A stretch of 64,000 nt of DNA from Chrysomallon squamiferum. Taxonomy: Eukaryota; Animalia; Mollusca. The translations under genes and the position numbers were made by a program. Positions 1 through 15,503 of the stretch are shown here, piece by piece. Where the stretch lies: positions 9,982,001-10,046,000 of the forward strand of contig CM022675.1 of assembly GCA_012295275.1 (NCBI GenBank), in the 5' to 3' direction. The notes beneath the pieces were generated by a model. It was not told the DNA's origin, did no database searches, and worked only from the letters and a program-made list of their open reading frames with translations. The first letter of the stretch is position 1; the number at the start of each line of letters is the position of its first letter.

Positions 1-236
1 GGGGGGTGGTGATGAAGATATAAAGCATTATATGTATGTTATAATTACATATACACTTTTTATTTAATTTGTATATGTTAATTAATTTATTTATTTTTTA
101 CAAAATGTTTTCATAATAAATCTACTGGACTATTTTTGGTCTATTCCTGAAAAATTTTGTAACTGATGTTATGATTTATTTATTATTATTTTATTTTTTT
201 AAATATTCTCTTAATTTATATACATATATATTTCAG

Positions 237-967
237 AGATACTCACTGGTGAAAATCAAAATGATTCTATATCTGACTGGTCATCGAATAATGAGACCAG
301 CACTCTGATTGATAGTTGGTCTGAATGGTCAGCTTGGACTTCATGCTCTGCCGATTGTGATGGGGGTATGCAATGGAGAAGTAGATCATGTGACACACCA
401 CAGTTAATACAAAATGGTTCCGAATGTGAGGGTGCAGAAAGAGAAGGGAAAACGTGTAACACTCATTCCTGTCAAGGTGACATATACCATTTAATTAGAT
501 TGATTAATTCTATCAATCTAAAGCTATATAAAACAATTTAAGTTTCTGTTTTGATTATTTGGCTGTTTCTTATTTATTTTTTTATATTTAATGACTTCAA
601 ATAACATTCATAAAATATAAATGTAATGTACATAAATAAAATACATGAACCCCTTTAAAAACGGTAACAGGTTAACAACTTTACTTAATATACAAAAAAT
701 TAAAAAAAAACAATAACGCTAGTTAAAATGACACACATTACGTCATGCTGCATCCATTCTATGCTTATACTTAACTTTATAATAATAATAATAATAATAA
801 TACAGTACTTACTTTAGTGTCATGCTAAGCAATGTCGTCTTGTTCTATTCGTTTGGTTTCCGAAGTCTCGTCTGCTTCGAGCAGTGATTGAGTAATGTAA
901 AAATGCGAAATGAGTCTCGGACCCCGGTTGAAAAAAAAGAAAAAAAAAAAAGATGTCAACAACAACA

Positions 968-1018
<51 letters not shown>

Positions 1019-1471
1019 GTATGTACGTATGTGTATATGCATGCATATATTTATTACAATTGTTATAATTATTTTACAACAGGTTCATGGTCTTGCTGGT
1101 CAGAATTCTCTCCCTGTTCTGTGACGTGTGGTACAGGTGTCAGAACCAGAACGAGGTCATGTTTAGCACTTGACGAGGGTAAAGTGGTACATCATCCATG
1201 TCTGGGAAACCGAACGCAGACAAAAATTTGTGAAAAACCTTCTTGCAGTGGTATGTTTTCTTGTTTTTATTTTATTTTATTTTATTTTAATTAATTAATT
1301 GATTTTTTTTTTTGAAATTTTTTTATTAGTATTATTAATTTTCCCTATCTATATTAAAAAAAAAGATTTTTTTCTCGACATTAATAAAAAAAAAATTAGT
1401 TTATTTAATTAAAATGCTCTCTTTATAATTAAACATACGATAAAATGTATTATTCAGATACTTTATATAGC

Positions 1472-1525
<54 letters not shown>

Positions 1526-1886
1526 AATAAATAAAATTAATTCTCACTACAATTGCTTCAGCCATGACATTGTAGCCTCTACTATTATCGATTTGCTGCT
1601 ATTGCAATCATATTTATTGCCGTTACCATTTATAATAACAATTTTTATTTATGTTAGATGATGCTGATCTTTATGAACCATGGTCGCAGTGGTCTCCGTG
1701 TACAAGCGATAATCTCCAGTACCGTCACCGTCGGTGTTCCTCAGCAACGTCGTCACGAAGTGGATGTAATGCTGATAAGTTTGATGTCAAATATTGTTAC
1801 TGGACTGAGCCAGGTACTAATACTACTACTACTACTAATAGCTAATTATTTAAAAAAAAAAAAAAAAAAAAATCCCCAACAACTGC

Positions 1887-1944
<58 letters not shown>

Positions 1945-2485
1945 CAAAAACACTTTCAACAAAAAGACTGTCAGTATACTTTTTACCATTTATTTATTGT
2001 TTCTTTATTATTTATTAGTATTATTATTTACTAAATATATATATATATATCCATAACATAAACTAAATTGATAATTTTACTGTTTATTTTTCAAAGAAAT
2101 TAGAATAGCGTCAGCCATTTCTGAAACAAACATGGTCCGAAAAATAGGTGGCATTTATCTCATCATTGTCGCCGTCGTTGCCTTCGTCATCGGGGGCTTG
2201 GCTTCCGTTGGTCTGTACATGTACATTCAGCATCATCGGGAACAGCAGCGAAAGGAAGAAGAACTTTGGAGAAACAGCGAAAAGCCGGAAATTAAGCCGA
2301 TCAATTTGATTGGCTCTTCGCAAATTAGTCTCGATTTCCAGAACCTTAAGAATAACAACCGGTTCAGCGTGAACACATACAGTTCCTTGAAAAAGGAGAA
2401 AATGACAGTAAACGAAGCCAGCAGTTTGAAGAAAAATTTCAAAAGAGATTCAATGTGGACTGACTTATCAATAAGCGATTTGTAA
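237..2485 (+). CDS. SEMA5: Semaphorin-5-like protein, C-terminal part (TSP1 repeats, TM helix, cytoplasmic tail); 5' exons lie outside the window
   Basis: Phase-1 GT-AG exons 237-476, 1083-1250, 1658-1813 and 2097-2485. TSP1 motifs WSEWSAWTSCSADCDGGMQWRSRSC, WSCWSEFSPCSVTCGTGVRTRTRSC and WSQWSPCTSDNLQYRHRRC, then TM IYLIIVAVVAFVIGGLASVGLYMYI. The WSCWS repeat, followed by a short last TSP1 and a TM helix, matches the semaphorin-5 C-terminus. The Sema domain is not in the window. Confidence 0.75.
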
Positions 2486-3001
2486 CAGAAAAAAAACAAA
2501 AAAAAAAAAAAAACAACAACTGATTTAGTTATATTATTTTTTAGAATCAAATTGTTATTTTATTTTATTTTATTTTATTGTTTAATTTACTGTATTTTTA
2601 ATTAATTTAATTTATTTATTTATTTATTTACTTTAAGAAAATGTGATTTTCATGCAAACATTTTAATCGAACAGATTTTTTAACATTACTACATCGCTTA
2701 CTTTTATTTATGTATTCATTTATTCATTTATTTAAATCCTTATTTATTTATTTTTTCATATAATTATTATTCCACATTTTAACAATTGTTTCTCACGTAC
2801 CAAGGATTCTTCATAACCATTTATTACAAAATCACAAGTCATGTTAAATATATTTGTTATTCATAATCTTACTGTCTAATATTGCGTTTACGTCACGTGT
2901 GATGCATGAACTTTTTTATCACGTATAATAAGCTTCACTCTGTCATAAAGTTTCCTTTCAAAATTTATGAATATTATCAAACTGATACATTTTATAATAA
3001 C

Positions 3002-3055
<54 letters not shown>

Positions 3056-3694
3056 TAATAAATAAACAAAAATAACAATAATAATAAACTTATAAAATAA
3101 GGAATACGAAAACCAGTGTAATACATCTACCGAGATGCCCGGAGGACGCCATTTTGGATTTATCAAAATGGCCGCCGTAAAATAAGAATCCGCGAGCATC
3201 TCTCCTTCAAACTGACACAGAAAGTTCGCGTTTTTCGGATTCTTGGACCTAAAAATGTTCTGCTTTGCTAATCTCCATGAATTTTGAAGAAACATTCATA
3301 ACGATCCTGACTGGGCATTCTTGTATCTCGCTAGTAGAAATATAGTGTACTCTTTAAGTTTGTGTCTGTTACGTGTAGATTAGTTCTAGTTTAATGTTAT
3401 CTATTTTATGTGATATGTGTATAGAATTTATTTATTTATTTATATACTCTTTTTATATATATACTCATTTCTTTATTTACTTATTTATTTTTCATAATAA
3501 TTACTGTAATTTATTATTAGTTTAATAATAAAGGTTTTGCTACTATAAAATTTTATTTATTTAAATATTATTATATGCATTATTAATTTAATATGTATAA
3601 TGTAATTATATATTTGTTTAGTTATTTATTTTATGTGTAATTGATGTTTTTGATCAGAATGCTATTTATTTATTTCCTTTTTTCTTGGTTTATT

Positions 3695-3731
<37 letters not shown>

Positions 3732-3903
3732 CTACTACTACTTCTACTACAATTGGACTATTTATTTATTTATTTATTTATTTGTACCAATGTTTGCTAT
3801 CAATAAAATAACAAGCTTCTATCTTTTTGTCTATTTGTAAACATAATAACAACAACAACAACAGTAACAACAACAACTACTACTACTATAATAATGTCAA
3901 ATC

Positions 3904-3946
<43 letters not shown>

Positions 3947-4330
3947 AAATAAATAAATGAAATAAAATAAATAAATGCCCTTAAGAACTTATATAACGTT
4001 TTAATGATATACTTAGTCTGTTAGGGTTTTTTCATGTCGTCACTTCGTAAAGAGAAAAAAGTATTGTTTCGAGTTATCTAGCCTGTTCGCGTACTTTTCT
4101 CTCTATACATATCTTTAGAGCGATAAAAATCGGGCATTATATGATTTTTATTCAACAGTTTCTGATTTTATTATTATACCATTTCATTAATATGATAGTA
4201 AAATAAAGTTGTAGCTTGGAATACATTAAATTTGTTTACTGTGTCCTAACGTAATTTTCGATGCAAACTGTAATATACGTTTATATAAAGAGAGAATGGG
4301 CAACTGAAAGGCAAAGAGAGATGGAGAATG

Positions 4331-4491
<161 letters not shown>

Positions 4492-4680
4492 TGAATTAAC
4501 ATTTTATCGCGCTGGCAACTTCTGATTCACTTTAGTATAATCTTAAATAAAACTGAGCACGCACTCTAAAACATACCAACCCTCTGACTTTGAAACCTTG
4601 TTTGGTATTATTTATCGTGATCGGTTTTCGCTTTATAATATATATATATATAAATGCATAAATAAACAAATAAATAAACA

Positions 4681-4727
<47 letters not shown>

Positions 4728-5961
4728 GAAGGAAGAAAGAAAGAAATTTACCCTTCCAATGTGTCATAACGAACAGACTATGCATCTGCGAATGCTGATG
4801 ATTAAAAAGAAACGGAAGACCATACTTTTAGAAACAAAATACGATATCTTAAATGAACACAAAACCCACAAAAATGAACCCACAGTGAGCGGCATACAAT
4901 TATTTCTTAATCTATTTGTATAAATCCATTTGTAAACGATTCACTGTTTGTTTAATAGAACGTAACCACTGTTTTTAATCTTAATTCTATGTAAATTGGT
5001 CTCTCGCTTAACGATACCTCACTTAACGATCGGTGTTACACGTACATAATTTAAATAGATGATCGTCAAAATTAAAAGTAAACCATGACTACATACAGGT
5101 CGATGAGAAATATTTTCTTTTAATTAATACTACAGCTGCGTTTCTATTCTATCTGAGTTCAGTTTTCATAAATGGATTGCTCTGCAAGCTTGACATGTGT
5201 ATGAATGAGCGTGAACAGAACACACTCGAAGTGAAACGTTAAATCGCAAAGTGTGAAGACAATCTGCTTCAGAGTCTCTCTTAGATGATCTGGTGGGTCC
5301 AGTTCTTTTTTTTTTTTTTTTTTACAGTCGTTAATGTTTTTATTTACTCATTTATTAACTAATGATTTTCAATTTCCGCGCGCGCGCGCTGCACTTATAC
5401 ACACACACACACACACAAACACAAGATACATTTTGGGCACATAGCTTTTTGGCACGGAACTATATTTACTTCGATAAATTATATGTTTACATTTATGTGC
5501 GTGTATGTGTGTGTGTGTGTGTGTGTATGTGCATGTTGTCCATGTATATATATATGGTCGTTGTCGTTATTATTAATAATAATAATAACTATTACTACTA
5601 TAACTACTATAGCTACTAATATTACTACTTCACCTAATATTATTATTACTTCTACTACTACTACTACTACTATCAATATCAATATTTTTTTATTATTACT
5701 GTTATTATATTACTACTACCATTACTACTACTAATGTTAATGCTGCTATTACCACTACCAATAGTACTACTACCATCACTACTACTACAACTACTACTAC
5801 TACTAGTACTAGTACCACCACTACTACTACTGCTACTACCACCACCACTACTACTACTACCACTATTGCTACTACTACTACTACTACTACTACAACAACT
5901 ACTACTACTACTACTATTCCAAACAGATGCATCGTTCAATTTGTTGAATAAACTCGTAAAA

Positions 5962-6686
5962 ATGAAGAAATGCGTGCTTATTAGTCGGTTCTTCTATGTC
6001 GCCGGCTCGTGCCTGTGTTTTGTGTTCCTGGTACAACACAAACATTTTCAGCTACTCAGAAAAGACAAAACAATGACAGACGTCTGCTCGAAACTCGTAC
6101 AGGGAAACGTGCAACAGGTGAACGAATCACTTCACTACACCCTGCGACATCCTAGGACGGAGAGGATGCTGGAGACGTACTCTTCCTACACCGACGACTG
6201 CGTCTCCTACGTGAAGGAAACTGGCTTCATCGTCGACGGCGTGTCGAACGAAGAGAAGGAATTTCCGATCGCTTTCTCCATCCTGGTATTCACGCACGTG
6301 GCCCAGCTCGAGCACCTTCTGCGCGCCATCTATCGGCCTCAGAACGTCTACTGCATTCACGTGGACAAGAAGTGTTCAGGGCCGTTTCATACTGCCGCTC
6401 GGTCCATCGCTAAATGTCTGACCAACGTTTTCGTTGCTGAAAACCCGGTCAAGGTGCACTGGAGCAAGTTCTCGGTACTGGAAGCAGAACTGATCTGCCT
6501 GAAGGAACTCTTAAAGCACGAGGTCCGATGGAAGTACTTCATTAACCTCACCGGGCAAGAGTTTCCGCTCAAAACGAATTACGAGCTGGTGAAGATACTC
6601 AAAGTGTACAGAGGTGCCAACGATATTTCAGGCACATATAAAAAGTAAGTGACAAATGAATAATTATGTATTATAGTTATAGTTTG

Positions 6687-6771
<85 letters not shown>

Positions 6772-7565
6772 CAACATCAGAGAAACAAGAAAAAGAAATG
6801 TAGATTGCGCAGTCCTCTTAATTCCGATTCGTACGAAATACAGTATATTTTCATTGTGCATTTATTCATTTATTTATCTATTCAGTGCTAACAAACAACG
6901 ATGGCATAATATAAAAAAAGTTCCTCACGGAATTGTTCCAAGAAAAGGATCCGCCCATATTGCTGCGTCACGTGACTATATTGAGTACATTATGACCAAT
7001 CAAACCGCTTTGGATTTTCTCCAGTGGGTGAAACAGACGGCATTTTCCGATGAAACCTTCTTTGCTACACTTAACTATAACCCACATTTGAAAGTACCTG
7101 GCTCGTATAAAGGTATGTTAAAGTGTGAATATATTCGTTACGGAGATAAATATTTGGATTTAGTCTTTTGCAACATTTGGCGTATGTGAGAGTGAGGTTT
7201 GTGCGTTATATATAACACTGAGTGTTTGCATGTGTGAGATTAATCGTGAATGTGCGACTGAGAATGTTTGGGATGGTGAGTAATGTATATGTGACAGTGA
7301 GAATTTGTGCATGTGAAAGTGAATGTTTGTATATGTGTGAGTTTTTCTATATGTTACATTACTGAGTGAATTACAGTATATAAAACAGAAAGTTTTTACA
7401 ACTGTTTCTGGTACCTTTTGCTACTTCTGTTCCTACGACCACGACTACAACAACTACTACTACTACTACTGTTACTAATACTTCTACTACTACTAATAAT
7501 AAGTGATGAAGAAAGCTTAGAAGTAATTTAACTAACAAAGGAACATTTTTTTTCTCGTATTCATG

Positions 7566-7601
<36 letters not shown>

Positions 7602-8376
7602 AATATTAATTAACCCGTTATCTAAATATCTCGTCATATTACATAAAAATGTTACCTCACATAATTGTTAAAAAAGAAAAATAAACCACTGATTTAATAA
7701 GGTGTTCACACGAGTCAATCATTTAAAAAAAAATGTTTAACGAATCTTTTCGAAATATGGTTCAAATTGCTAATAATTATGCCTTCACTAATGTTTGGCA
7801 AAATCTGCGTACCTTTGTTTTATTAATAACGACGACAACAACAACAGCAACAGCAACAGCAACAGCTACAACAACAACAGCAACAACAACAACAATAACA
7901 ATAATTTATAAATAATAATAAAAAGTAAATAAAAATAAACAAATAACCGAAACAAACAATACAATGGAAAAAAAAAAAACCCCAAAAACACAAACAAACA
8001 AACAAACAGACAAATAAACAAACAAACAAACAAATTAATGACATTTTATTTTATCCCGCAAGGGGAGGTAGACGATGGAAAAAGAATTTGGCTGACTCGT
8101 TACAAAATATGGATGTTTGCTCGTAACCCTTGTTCTGGTATAGTCGTTCACTCGTTATGCATATTTGGAGTCGGAGATCTTCAGCGACTGACCAAGGCGC
8201 CTCAGCTATTCGCGAACAAGTTTCACTTCGATTTCCAGCCGCTTGCGTTGGACTGTCTGAGCGAATGGTATTTCGACAAGGTGGCGTCAGAACGAATAAC
8301 CGGCGTCGAATCGACGTTAGATTTGACCGAATACAGAACAAGGCATTTCATTAACAATTCGTTTACACACAAATAA
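5962..8376 (+). CDS. GCNT: Beta-1,6-N-acetylglucosaminyltransferase (core-2/I-branching, GT14, GCNT1/3/4-like)
   Basis: Exons 5962-6644, 6886-7112 and 8063-8376. N-terminal type II TM. Family motifs EEKEFPIAFSILV, LLRAIYRPQNVYCIHVDKK, WKYFINLTGQEFPLKTN, SDETFFATLN, CIFGVGDL and LFANKF. Confidence 0.95.
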
Positions 8377-8545
8377 ATTGTTAGTTCTGTGGACGTATTG
8401 GTGAATTGTCTTTTGTTTGTTTCTTTATTTATTTGTTTGTTTGTTTATTTTTTTTTTTTTTTTTATAGCTTTTGTTATATCTCTCTGTTACGTGCATAAA
8501 TACATGAATACGTAGGCGTATGCACACGTAGTCTGTTATATTTTC

Positions 8546-8611
<66 letters not shown>

Positions 8612-9544
8612 ATATACATATCTACGTTCGTGCATAAACACAAAACAAACACACATACATACATATATACACACATACATATGCATTCACGCACACAAAC
8701 ACAGACGGACTATGTTTATTTAATTACCTGTTTATCTCATATTCTCTGATTGTTAATTTCAAAATATTTATATATTTTCGCATTTCTCGCAATATTAATT
8801 ATTTATCTCTGAGTGTAGATGCAACATAACAGTGATATAACAAACATTTTAAACAATTTTCTTTCTCTCTTTACATTTTTCTGTTTGTCTTTACTCGTTT
8901 CTCGTAAAATCATATAACGCATACAACAAATGTGACATTACTGAAATGTAAAGCACACTCACTCACGACTTTAAAGTATTTAAAGTACTTTTAAATTTTT
9001 TTACATTTCAAAGTATATTCATTTGTGACATTCAGTTGCGATATCGTCGCATTTTAAAGTATATCACTTTAACGCCTTAAAAAAAAAAAAAAAAAAAGCC
9101 TTCATTTTGAAATGTAAAGCAGATTTCATTGTGACATATTTGTAATGTAAAGTATATTCAGTTGCGACATTATGACATTTAAAATCACACTGAAGTGTAA
9201 CATTATCGTACAGTTCGCTATTTGCGACATTGTAGTAGAATGTTAAACTACCCAGCTGTGACGTCACGAACGGTGCTTAACAATCATTATTACGTAATCT
9301 GCCGTTCTAAAAGTAAAATAATGATTGCTTTATTACTTTGTAGAATAAAGCATGAGATTATCAGTGGGCTGTTTCTAATTCCAGATAATGATCCTTTGCC
9401 ATATTATCAAATACCATGTTCTTTCCCATCCAGGGGTAGGTGCACTTAATAGATTTCTTGCTGCTACCTCTAAATTACCTGATAAATCATGATTTTACAT
9501 GATTGTATTTCACTTTACTTAAAATTCTGTGGCAATATATATAT

Positions 9545-9583
<39 letters not shown>

Positions 9584-9640
9584 ATACGTACTTAGTGCCA
9601 CAGAGATTAAGTTTAGCAAAATAAAATCATAAAAAAAATT

Positions 9641-9692
<52 letters not shown>

Positions 9693-10168
9693 CAACAACA
9701 ACAATAAATAAATAAATAAATAAATAAAATAAAATAAAATAGATTTCCAGATGAATTATCATTTAATATATGTCATCTGTAAGATTATATGTAAATATTA
9801 ACACTAATCTTCAGAAATAATAACTGTTTTATCAATGATCAAAACAAAGAATGGAAAATATCACAAATCTTTTATTGACTATCACTTATTTCACTCTACC
9901 TGGAACAGGAAATAATTATGTGTAATTACCTGATATATTGATAAAATAATACAAAACTACAGCTGCGTCATTATTATGTACAAAAATTCATTATTTCTTT
10001 TCCAATATCCTCTGCAACATACAATTAAACATACATGAAATACACAAAAAATTACACAGTATATATATGTATGTATGTATATATATGAAATATAGAAACA
10101 GTAAATAAGAATTTCTATGAAAAGGATACTTTGAATTTATAAATAAAAATGCACACACATATCAAATC

Positions 10169-10216
<48 letters not shown>

Positions 10217-10364
10217 ATAAATGAATAAAGATAAACAAAATAAACAAAAAACTCTAACATAATATATAAAAATTAAAGTATAAACATTGTTACATAGAAT
10301 TATGAGCAAGAAAACAGTAATATGCTTTACAGTTAGAAAAGGTACATAATATATGTCATCTTTT

Positions 10365-10399
<35 letters not shown>

Positions 10400-11500
10400 T
10401 ACACACACACACGAACATACACATACATAACTGTATAAATATACAAAAAAGAAATAATAATAATAATACACATTATTTTATAGCATTAAGTAAGAAAACT
10501 CATTTATTCTGATTTTAATATCACTGAACAGTAACACAAACATTATATTGTAAATTATAAAGTATATTATTACTCTGGATATTATTAAAAAAAATAATAT
10601 ACATGCAATATCAACCACTGGTAAATTACTAAAGTGACCCGTATTTCAAAATATAATAACATGAAAAATATTAGTATGTAATATATGTATTGCATAATCA
10701 CTTAAACACACACACACACACACACACAGACACAGACACACATACATTAAACAAGAAATATGCATATATAAGTTACAAAATACATTCATAACATGATCAA
10801 TATTAAATTAAAAAAATAGTTTCTTTATGTATATATTTATTTCCATTAATATAAAAATCAGTTCCAAAAAGGATTTTACGTATTCATTTGTTTGCACATA
10901 TGTATAAAACAAGCGCACTTATATACATACATGGACACACAAACAGACAAATTTGACATTCAAGACAATCTTTAAACTCTGACTCAAGTTCATACAAAAT
11001 AATGATTAAATTTAAATTTTCAAAATGTATATCATGCTGATATTTTTCATCTTATTCACCTTAAAATTAAATCAATCTTAATTCATCAAAAATAATGATT
11101 AATTTAAATGAATATAAATAAATTTAAAAATAATGATTAAAATTAAATCTATGAAATCTACCTCAAGCTCAAAATGAAAAAGAAAAGTTAATTTTTATTC
11201 ACCTTAAACTTAAATCATCTAATTTCATCAAAAATAATGATTGGATTTAAATTAATTTAAGTGAATTTATAAATAATGATTAAAGTAAAATCAGTATAAA
11301 TTAATTAAATATAATGATTAAATTTGAATTAAAATAAATTAATTATATACATTTAATAATTTTAATCAATTACTGAACATATAATCAAATGAATTCCAAC
11401 TAATTTCAAAACTCAAATTTCATTGAAACACAATATATCAGTTTAAACAAAAATCCAGAATTTTTTTTTTCCTGAATACAATTTAAAAAAACCATTCCCT

Positions 11501-11756
11501 CTATTCTTTTTTCACATTATCAGCTTTTTCTTCAGCAAATATTTGTCTGAAGTATATTAGCCAGATGGCCAAAGAACCAATGAAAAACAGTCTAAGATAC
11601 TGCAATATTATTGGCTGAGATATCGACGAATAGAAACCAGTGTCTTTCAGAAATATGTCACCCAGAAGAAATACACTACATCTTGCTGCCTCTAGCAGAA
11701 CACCCAGCTTCCTGAAATAAACAAACAGACACGTTTTAGCTATGTTCTGTTGTGTT

Positions 11757-11824
<68 letters not shown>

Positions 11825-11883
11825 TCCGTCTCTGTGTTTGTGTGTGTGTATGTGCATGTATGACAGGTTGTGTCTTTCTGTAT

Positions 11884-11962
<79 letters not shown>

Positions 11963-12037
11963 TGAGATAGTGAGATAGATAGAGAGAGAGAGAGAGATAG
12001 AAAGAGAGAAATAGAGAGATAGCGAGAGAGAGTGAGT

Positions 12038-12134
<97 letters not shown>

Positions 12135-13173
12135 TAAAGTACACAACTTTTGACAAACTTTTTCATATATAAATATATAAACTGCTGTAAAAAAAATGTA
12201 AACAAAACCCACTTACTTGCGGTCAAAAAGGTGACCAAAACTGGTCAATGAAAGACCCAGAAAGGCAAGAAACATCAGTAAATGTATTGGCCCAAGAGTC
12301 TAAATGTGTACATAAAAAAAAAATAAAAATAATAATACAGTAAATATTGTAATTAAACTTGTATATATAGCAGTTACATCTTTTTTATTTGAGCTGTACT
12401 TTTAAATATTAAATTAATTCTAACAGTAGTTTTGATTATTAAATTTTGTTTTAAATTGTTTTTAAATATTAAAATTTTTGTTTTGTTTTAAAAATTAAAA
12501 ATAATTGACTATGCCATAGATAAATATTAGTCAGTGCCTTTAAGTAATAAAATATGTCACTGTGCTTTTAAATATTAAATAACTTTCTGTCTTTAAATAT
12601 AAGAATTTTATCAATGCATTTAAATATAAAAATTTATCTGTGTTTTTAAATATCAGAATTTTATCAGTGTATTTGAATATTATAATTTAATCAGTATATT
12701 TAAATATCAGAACTTTATCAGTGTATTTAAATATTAGAATTTTATCAGTGTATTTAAATATTATAATTTTATCAGTGTATTTAAATATTATAATTTAATC
12801 AGTGTATTGAAATATTAGAATTTTATCAGTGTATTTAAATATTAGAATTTTATCAGTGTATTTAAATATCAGAATTTTATCAGTGTATTTAAATATCAGA
12901 ATTTTATCAGTGTATTTAAATATCAGAATTTAATCAATGTATTTATATAAGATAATTTTATCAGTGTATTTAAATAGTAAAACACAGAATCTTTAAAGTG
13001 TGAACCTGTTTGTTGGCCATGAGCACGAGGTAGCCGTAGTTGACAAGAACAAAATGAAGTAGAACATAGACACCTAGCCAGGTGGGTACGTGAGGGTGGT
13101 ACTTGGTGGGTGGGGACTCCACCTGCAAAGAAAAATGTAAAACATAGTTTATACTACACAGATACATGTGGAA

Positions 13174-13204
<31 letters not shown>

Positions 13205-13230
13205 AATGTGTTTGTGTGTTTGTATATATA

Positions 13231-13261
<31 letters not shown>

Positions 13262-14497
13262 TTTGTAAATGTGTGTATTATATGTATATGTATATATATG
13301 TGTCTGGGTATAATATTATGTGTGTGTGTGAGTATGCATGTGTATTTGTTTTTGTTCATGTGTGCATATGTGTTTGTGTGCATGTGTGTGTGTGTATGTG
13401 TTTGTGTGCATGTGTGTGTGTGTGTGTGCATGTCTACATGTGTGTGTCTGTCTATATATATCTGGAAAGTTTGATAATTAAAGTGGACTTTTGTGCAGCA
13501 GTAAAAGGATTTCTTTTTTTCAATTACAGCTTACTGATGAATTTCAACACATCATCTCGAAAAGGCTGCAAGGTAAACTTCCAGGATAAAGAAAAAATAA
13601 AAATACATACCTGGGGTACATCTGCAATGTCTCCTGTCCTAGGTTTCCCTGGTGACCAACCAGGTCCACAGAAAATGGCGGCCATTTTGTGTGTCCATTT
13701 GCTGTAGCCTTTGATCAGATTGATCATGTATTTCAGAAACCCAAACTGAAAATGAAAACAATGGAGAAGAGAAATGATTTAAAAATGTAAAAACCTGAAA
13801 GAGTATAGACTGTAAAGAGTTTTTAACCCAGTGAATATGTGTGTGTCTGTATGTATGGGCCTATTTCTGTATGATATATATAAAATATTGTTACAGTGCC
13901 TCTTAAATATTTAAAAATACTGAAAATGGCAGTGCCTTGAAATGTTAAAGTATTGTTAAAGTGTCTTTAAATATTAAAATATTTTTCAGTGGGCTGTGAA
14001 TGTTAAAATATCAGCGTCTTTAAATAATACTGTATTATTAGTACCTTAAAATATTGTTCCGGTATTTTAAAAATCATAAGCATTGTTGTGCTTTTAAAAT
14101 AACTGTCAATGTGATTTAAATATTGCTCAGTATCTTTAAGTATAAAAATAGTAATTTTAAATATTAAAATACTGTTACAGTGTCTTTAAACACTAAAATA
14201 TTTTGAATGCCTTTAAATGTTGTTACAAATATAAATTTTCTTTCTAATGTGCACTGAAATGTTACAGTGCCTTTAAATATTAGAAAATTTGTCTTTGTGC
14301 CTTGAATTACTAAATTTATATTTTAAAATCATGAATCTAAAATTAATAATAAACACTAATTGGTAAAATTATAATGATACTAAAAAAATAAATATATATA
14401 TATTCACCTGAACATTAAACAGATCAAAAGTTCCCAGTGAATGAGTTAGTCCATATGCAACTGGTTCATCCTCTGCCTGGTATGTCCCTGAAAGCAA

Positions 14498-14532
<35 letters not shown>

Positions 14533-15269
14533 ATATATATTTACACTTGAAGTAGAATAATGGTATAAAACACACACAGAGAGTGGCCATGCTAAGCTAC
14601 AAATAATAGATTCACTTTAGTACTGAACTGAACAGAACATAATTTGCATATTTTTTTTTGTTTTAGACTGTACATACTGCATGATGACAATTCTATCAAA
14701 TACCTTAATTTCTACTACAGTGAAAAATATCCATTCCAAAAACCAAATACAGATACTCCCCAGCATAATTATGTAGGTCCTTACTGTGTTTTTTTTTTTT
14801 TTTTTTTTAATTAAAAAATGAATATTAATATCTATTTTCAAACAAACACATAATAGTATAGCGAATGCTCAAACTAATATACATTGTATTTCCTCTCGAA
14901 TGTAGAATTTCACAGAATAATTTCACAAATGTGAATTTTAGGAGTTTCTGTATGAAGAAAAAAGTGATCAAAATACCAAAGAGTCTGTCCCAGATGATGA
15001 GGGTGCCAGCATAGTTCTTGTCAATGCAGTACGGATTCCTGCCGTGGTGAACACGATGTGCACTTGGAGTGTTGATGATGTACTCAAGAGGGCCGAGGTA
15101 GGGTACATACTGAAATGTAAAAACAAATTAAATATTGCATATGTGAGTTATACATGATATCTAGTATGTGATATGTCATAAACATCATCTCTGACTAAAA
15201 TTGTTGGTTTTTGGATTTACTTCAATGAAGTAATTTACATATATATTGTGTGTATGTATGTATATATAT

Positions 15270-15312
<43 letters not shown>

Positions 15313-15466
15313 AACATACACATACACACATAAACAAACACACACACAAACATACATACACACATACATATGTATATACAGACACACACACACATACAAA
15401 CATACACACATACATATGTATATACAGACACACACACACACACACTCACACCCATACATACACACA

Positions 15467-15503
<37 letters not shown>

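Noticed and set aside
2888-3295. 135-aa minus-strand ORF and short palindrome CGCCATTTTG..CAAAATGGCCG
   Set aside because: No recognisable domain and it runs into an AAT repeat. It is more likely semaphorin 3' UTR or a repeat remnant.
5734-5961. Long Leu-rich N-terminus of the 304-aa ORF
   Set aside because: It is a (CTA)n repeat in an intron. There is an acceptor near 5926, and the real GCNT start is MKKCVL at 5962.
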